This document shows, piece by piece, positions 39,645 through 42,773 of a stretch of DNA of 42,773 nucleotides. The position numbers were made by a program, and so were the translations under genes. The notes beneath the pieces were generated by a model. The model saw only the letters and a program-made list of their open reading frames with translations, had not been told where the DNA came from and made no database searches. Source of the DNA: Octopus sinensis (lineage: Eukaryota); the NCBI RefSeq assembly GCF_006345805.1, contig NW_021835142.1:1-42773 (forward strand), in the 5' to 3' direction. The number at the start of each line of letters is the position of its first letter. Positions within the stretch are counted from its first letter, which is position 1.

Positions 39645-40124
39645 TTATGTCTAGTTCGGGTATATTCTGTTAAGAACCTGGTAGAGTACAATATAAAGCG
39701 TGTCCACCTTCATATTTTACCCTGTGCTAACCAGTAGTAGTATCATAACATACTTCCAGATTTGTGCTTAGGCATTTGTCCTGTAGGAGTAGTTATTGGA
39801 GTCAACAATAAAGGGGGTAAATTTGGACATTTATTCTTTAATCACTACAATTGTTTCCACGCAACATAGTTCTCGAAGCATGCAGGTACTTGATTATGTA
39901 ACTCTTTCTCTGCATTATGAAATCTAGTTGTGTTTCCTCAGGCGATATGTAAATATTGTCTCCGTAAGTTCAAAATATTTGGATTCAAGAACATACTCTT
40001 TGTCTGTCGTGGTCTGAATTTAGCAGTAGTCTTTGAGTTTCCCAGGTTGAGTTGTGTGGCAAACTTCTTTGAGTGTGTCAATGTTGTGGGATTGTGATTC
40101 TGATACTGTTAAAGTGGTGGCCAT
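39645..40124 (-). pseudogene. Decayed, frameshifted ORF of unknown identity (possibly retroelement ORF1)
   Basis: ATG at 40124 (aaATGgcc); MATTLTVSESQSHNIDTLKEVCH...KEYVLESKYFELTET... and KNKCPNLPPLLLTPITTP...RWTRFILYSTRFLTEY with stops and frameshifts; family not recognised with certainty. Confidence 0.35.
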
Positions 40125-40380
40125 TTAAAGGGATTGGCATTTGATTTCTTTGTACTGTTGATTTGTTCTTCATGGTTGGTTACACATGCGATTGTCCTTA
40201 GCTGACCTTTAAGATTCGGGCTATACGTACACATTATATGTTGGTATATATATACTTCTATATACGTACTAACGCTCGGACACAAACAGACACACTCACA
40301 CGCACACGCACACAGACACAGACACACACACACAGAAACACATACATATATATATATGTTCATACATACATATATATATA

Positions 40381-40458
40381 ACAATTTAACAAATAAAACA
40401 TATGCATACATACATACATACATATATGTACATACCTACATCTATAAGTATATATACA

Positions 40459-40527
<69 letters not shown>

Positions 40528-40695
40528 GAGTACTGGACGCCACAAATAAACGTAGAACGCAACCGAAACGAGAACATAAAAAACAAACAAGGAAACGGAC
40601 TCTTTTAACAACGAAAAAACAGAGTACAAGACAAACAATACAAGGAATATTCCCCTTCATCAGCTGCCCCTGGTTCGACTTAATGCATGTTTCGA
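40381..40695. mobile_element. TA-embedded dispersed repeat (family of 22500-22765)
   Basis: See 22500; carries an expanded internal (TA)n. Confidence 0.7.
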
Positions 40696-40800
40696 TATAT
40701 GTATATGTATATATATATATATGTTTACATATCCCAGAGTTAGCATCGGTGCGCGACCTGAGAATCCATATGAGCATCGACGCAACTTTCCATGTGCACA

Positions 40801-40902
40801 TTGCCCGAGGCTATATTAGAAAACACTTGCTGAAGATGCCACGCAGTGACACTGACCCCGGAACCATGTGATTGGAAAGCAAGGTCCTTACCACACAGCC
40901 AC
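40801..40902 (-). mobile_element. CORE-type SINE head fragment
   Basis: cacttgc...gccacgcagtg...ccggaaccatgtg...ttaccacacagccac. Confidence 0.8.
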
Positions 40903-40942
40903 AAATTTAAATACATCTATCTATCTATCTATCTATCTATCT

Positions 40943-41168
40943 ATAAATTAGAGAAAAACCACCATTATGTAATTCAAACAATGTAATTCGAATTGAAGTT
41001 ATAGCCACGAAACGTACGTAGTCATTTTACTTATATATTGTTTATTCATTTTTTTGTACTTTTAGTGATCTAGTTATATGTTTTATAATATATTTTATTT
41101 TTTATTTATGATTTGGTTAACGTCAATCATTGTTTGAATTACATAATGGTGCTTTATCTCTAATTTAT
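40943..41168. mobile_element. 226-bp fold-back element with 41-bp terminal inverted repeats, TA-flanked
   Basis: 40943-40983 vs reverse complement of 41128-41168: 39/41 identical. Confidence 0.8.
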
Positions 41169-41317
41169 ATATATTATATATTTATATTGTGAAATTTGAT
41201 TTAGTATTAAATTGAACTTTTCCCTGTAAATTTGGAATTATACTCCCTAATATTATATATATATATATATATGACTCTCTCTCTCTGACTGTTTGTCTGA
41301 CTCTGCGTGTATGTGTT

Positions 41318-41350
<33 letters not shown>

Positions 41351-41672
41351 TTGTTGTGTGTGTGTGTGTGGTGTGTGTGTGTGTGTGTTTTCGTTGGGTG
41401 AACTGACTGACAACAATTGAAGACTCCGATAAAATATTTGGAGTTAATCTTTCTTTTTGTTTTGTTGTTTTTTATGGTTGATTTATTTATTCCTTTTCAA
41501 CAGATTTTATTCTTCGTTTTTGTTGACTGAACCTTAACAATCTGTTCATTTTCTCCTCCTCCTCCTCCCCCGCCTCCTTCTCGTCGCCGTCATCATCCCC
41601 ACTATCATCACCATCATCATGATCATCACCACCATCACCGTCATCCCCATCTTAACCGTCATCATCATCACT

Positions 41673-41720
<48 letters not shown>

Positions 41721-42104
41721 GTCGTCGTCCTCTTCGCCGTCGTTCTCGTCCTCATCTTCATTCTGATTATCGTTTCGTTGTTTTCTTAACTTTAATTATT
41801 TCATCAAGAGTTCCTAATCTTATTTTAATCTTTGTTATTCTTTTAATAAAAAAAATACGTAACATATTATACATATGTATATGTGTGTGTGCGTGCGTGT
41901 GTGCGCGTGTGTTTGTCGTTTGTGTCTATGTGTGTGTGTGTGTGTGTGTGTCTTTATATATAATATGCAATATATGAGCACACACACACACACACGTATA
42001 GATACATACACATACACATATATTCGTACGTATGTATATAATTCGTTTCCTAGTTGCCGTTGAATATCCGCTTTTGAAATATTTTTGTTTATTTCTTTCT
42101 TCTA

Positions 42105-42750
42105 CTTTTCACTGTTGTTAGCGTTTAATTCATTATTTTATTTTAGTTTTGAAATTTCCTGATACAAACATTTTTTTAATTCAAATTTTCTTATCAGCAA
42201 AAGAGAAACAAACAACAAAATAATATTTACGAAAAACACCCAAAGCACGTGACCATTTCTAAATTGCTGCCGGGGTTGAAGAATTCACAAACGTCGTTCG
42301 CTTTCTACCGTTTTCAATTTTCTTTTCTTTCCTCAGTTTTTCAGTCAACTAAGCGTTCAACTTTTGTCAAGTACCCAGGAATAACTGCAACCATCTGTCA
42401 CCAGTTCGCTATAGTCTAACATATTCTCATCATTCTTTCAAGTTTGTGCGCAAATATTCAATTGAACGCTCTCCTCATATACGCACGCGCACTCACATAC
42501 ACACACAAACACCCACACACACACACACACATCCTTGATATATTACGAAGCAGGTATAGGATTTATTCTAGCTTTAACACCGACCTCTGACTATAAGCAA
42601 AGAGAATAAGCAAAACGTGTAAACATTTTGCATATCGCCTTTCGGTTTGTGCCGCGAGTCATTAAAATGTCTGTAGAATTACTCGCTCCCAAAAGTCGGA
42701 CAAGTTTGTGGCAAAAATACAATTGTTCTTTACTCTACTTTAATCATGCA
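42105..42750. repeat. Right arm of the inverted duplication
   Basis: Reverse complement aligns to 38411-38600 plus 38969-39370. Confidence 0.9.
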
Positions 42751-42773
42751 CATAGCGTTGAACAAATATTATT

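Overview
Non-coding, repeat-saturated eukaryotic DNA, most likely Octopus or a related coleoid cephalopod. This is inferred from the tRNA-derived CORE-type and Meta/Sauria-like SINE families and the extreme microsatellite load, not from a database search. I found no intact host protein-coding gene, rRNA, genuine tRNA or CRISPR array. Nearly every ORF in the supplied track is a microsatellite translation artefact. The window contains about 30 SINE copies or fragments from at least five families, three copies of an unclassified ~550-bp element inserted in (ATT/TAA)n tracts, and decayed remnants of four retroelement classes (RTE, R4/Dong RLE, CR1/L2-group, Penelope GIY-YIG). It also has a Tigger/pogo-like MITE, several fold-back elements embedded in (TA)n, and long simple repeats including a 2.6-kb (ATT)n tract. 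The most notable unexplained structure is an inverted duplication (38.4-39.4 kb vs 42.1-42.75 kb) whose 216-bp core is ~98% identical while its flanks are strongly diverged. I found no convincing evidence of a complete novel biological system. All alignments were done by eye and boundaries are approximate.
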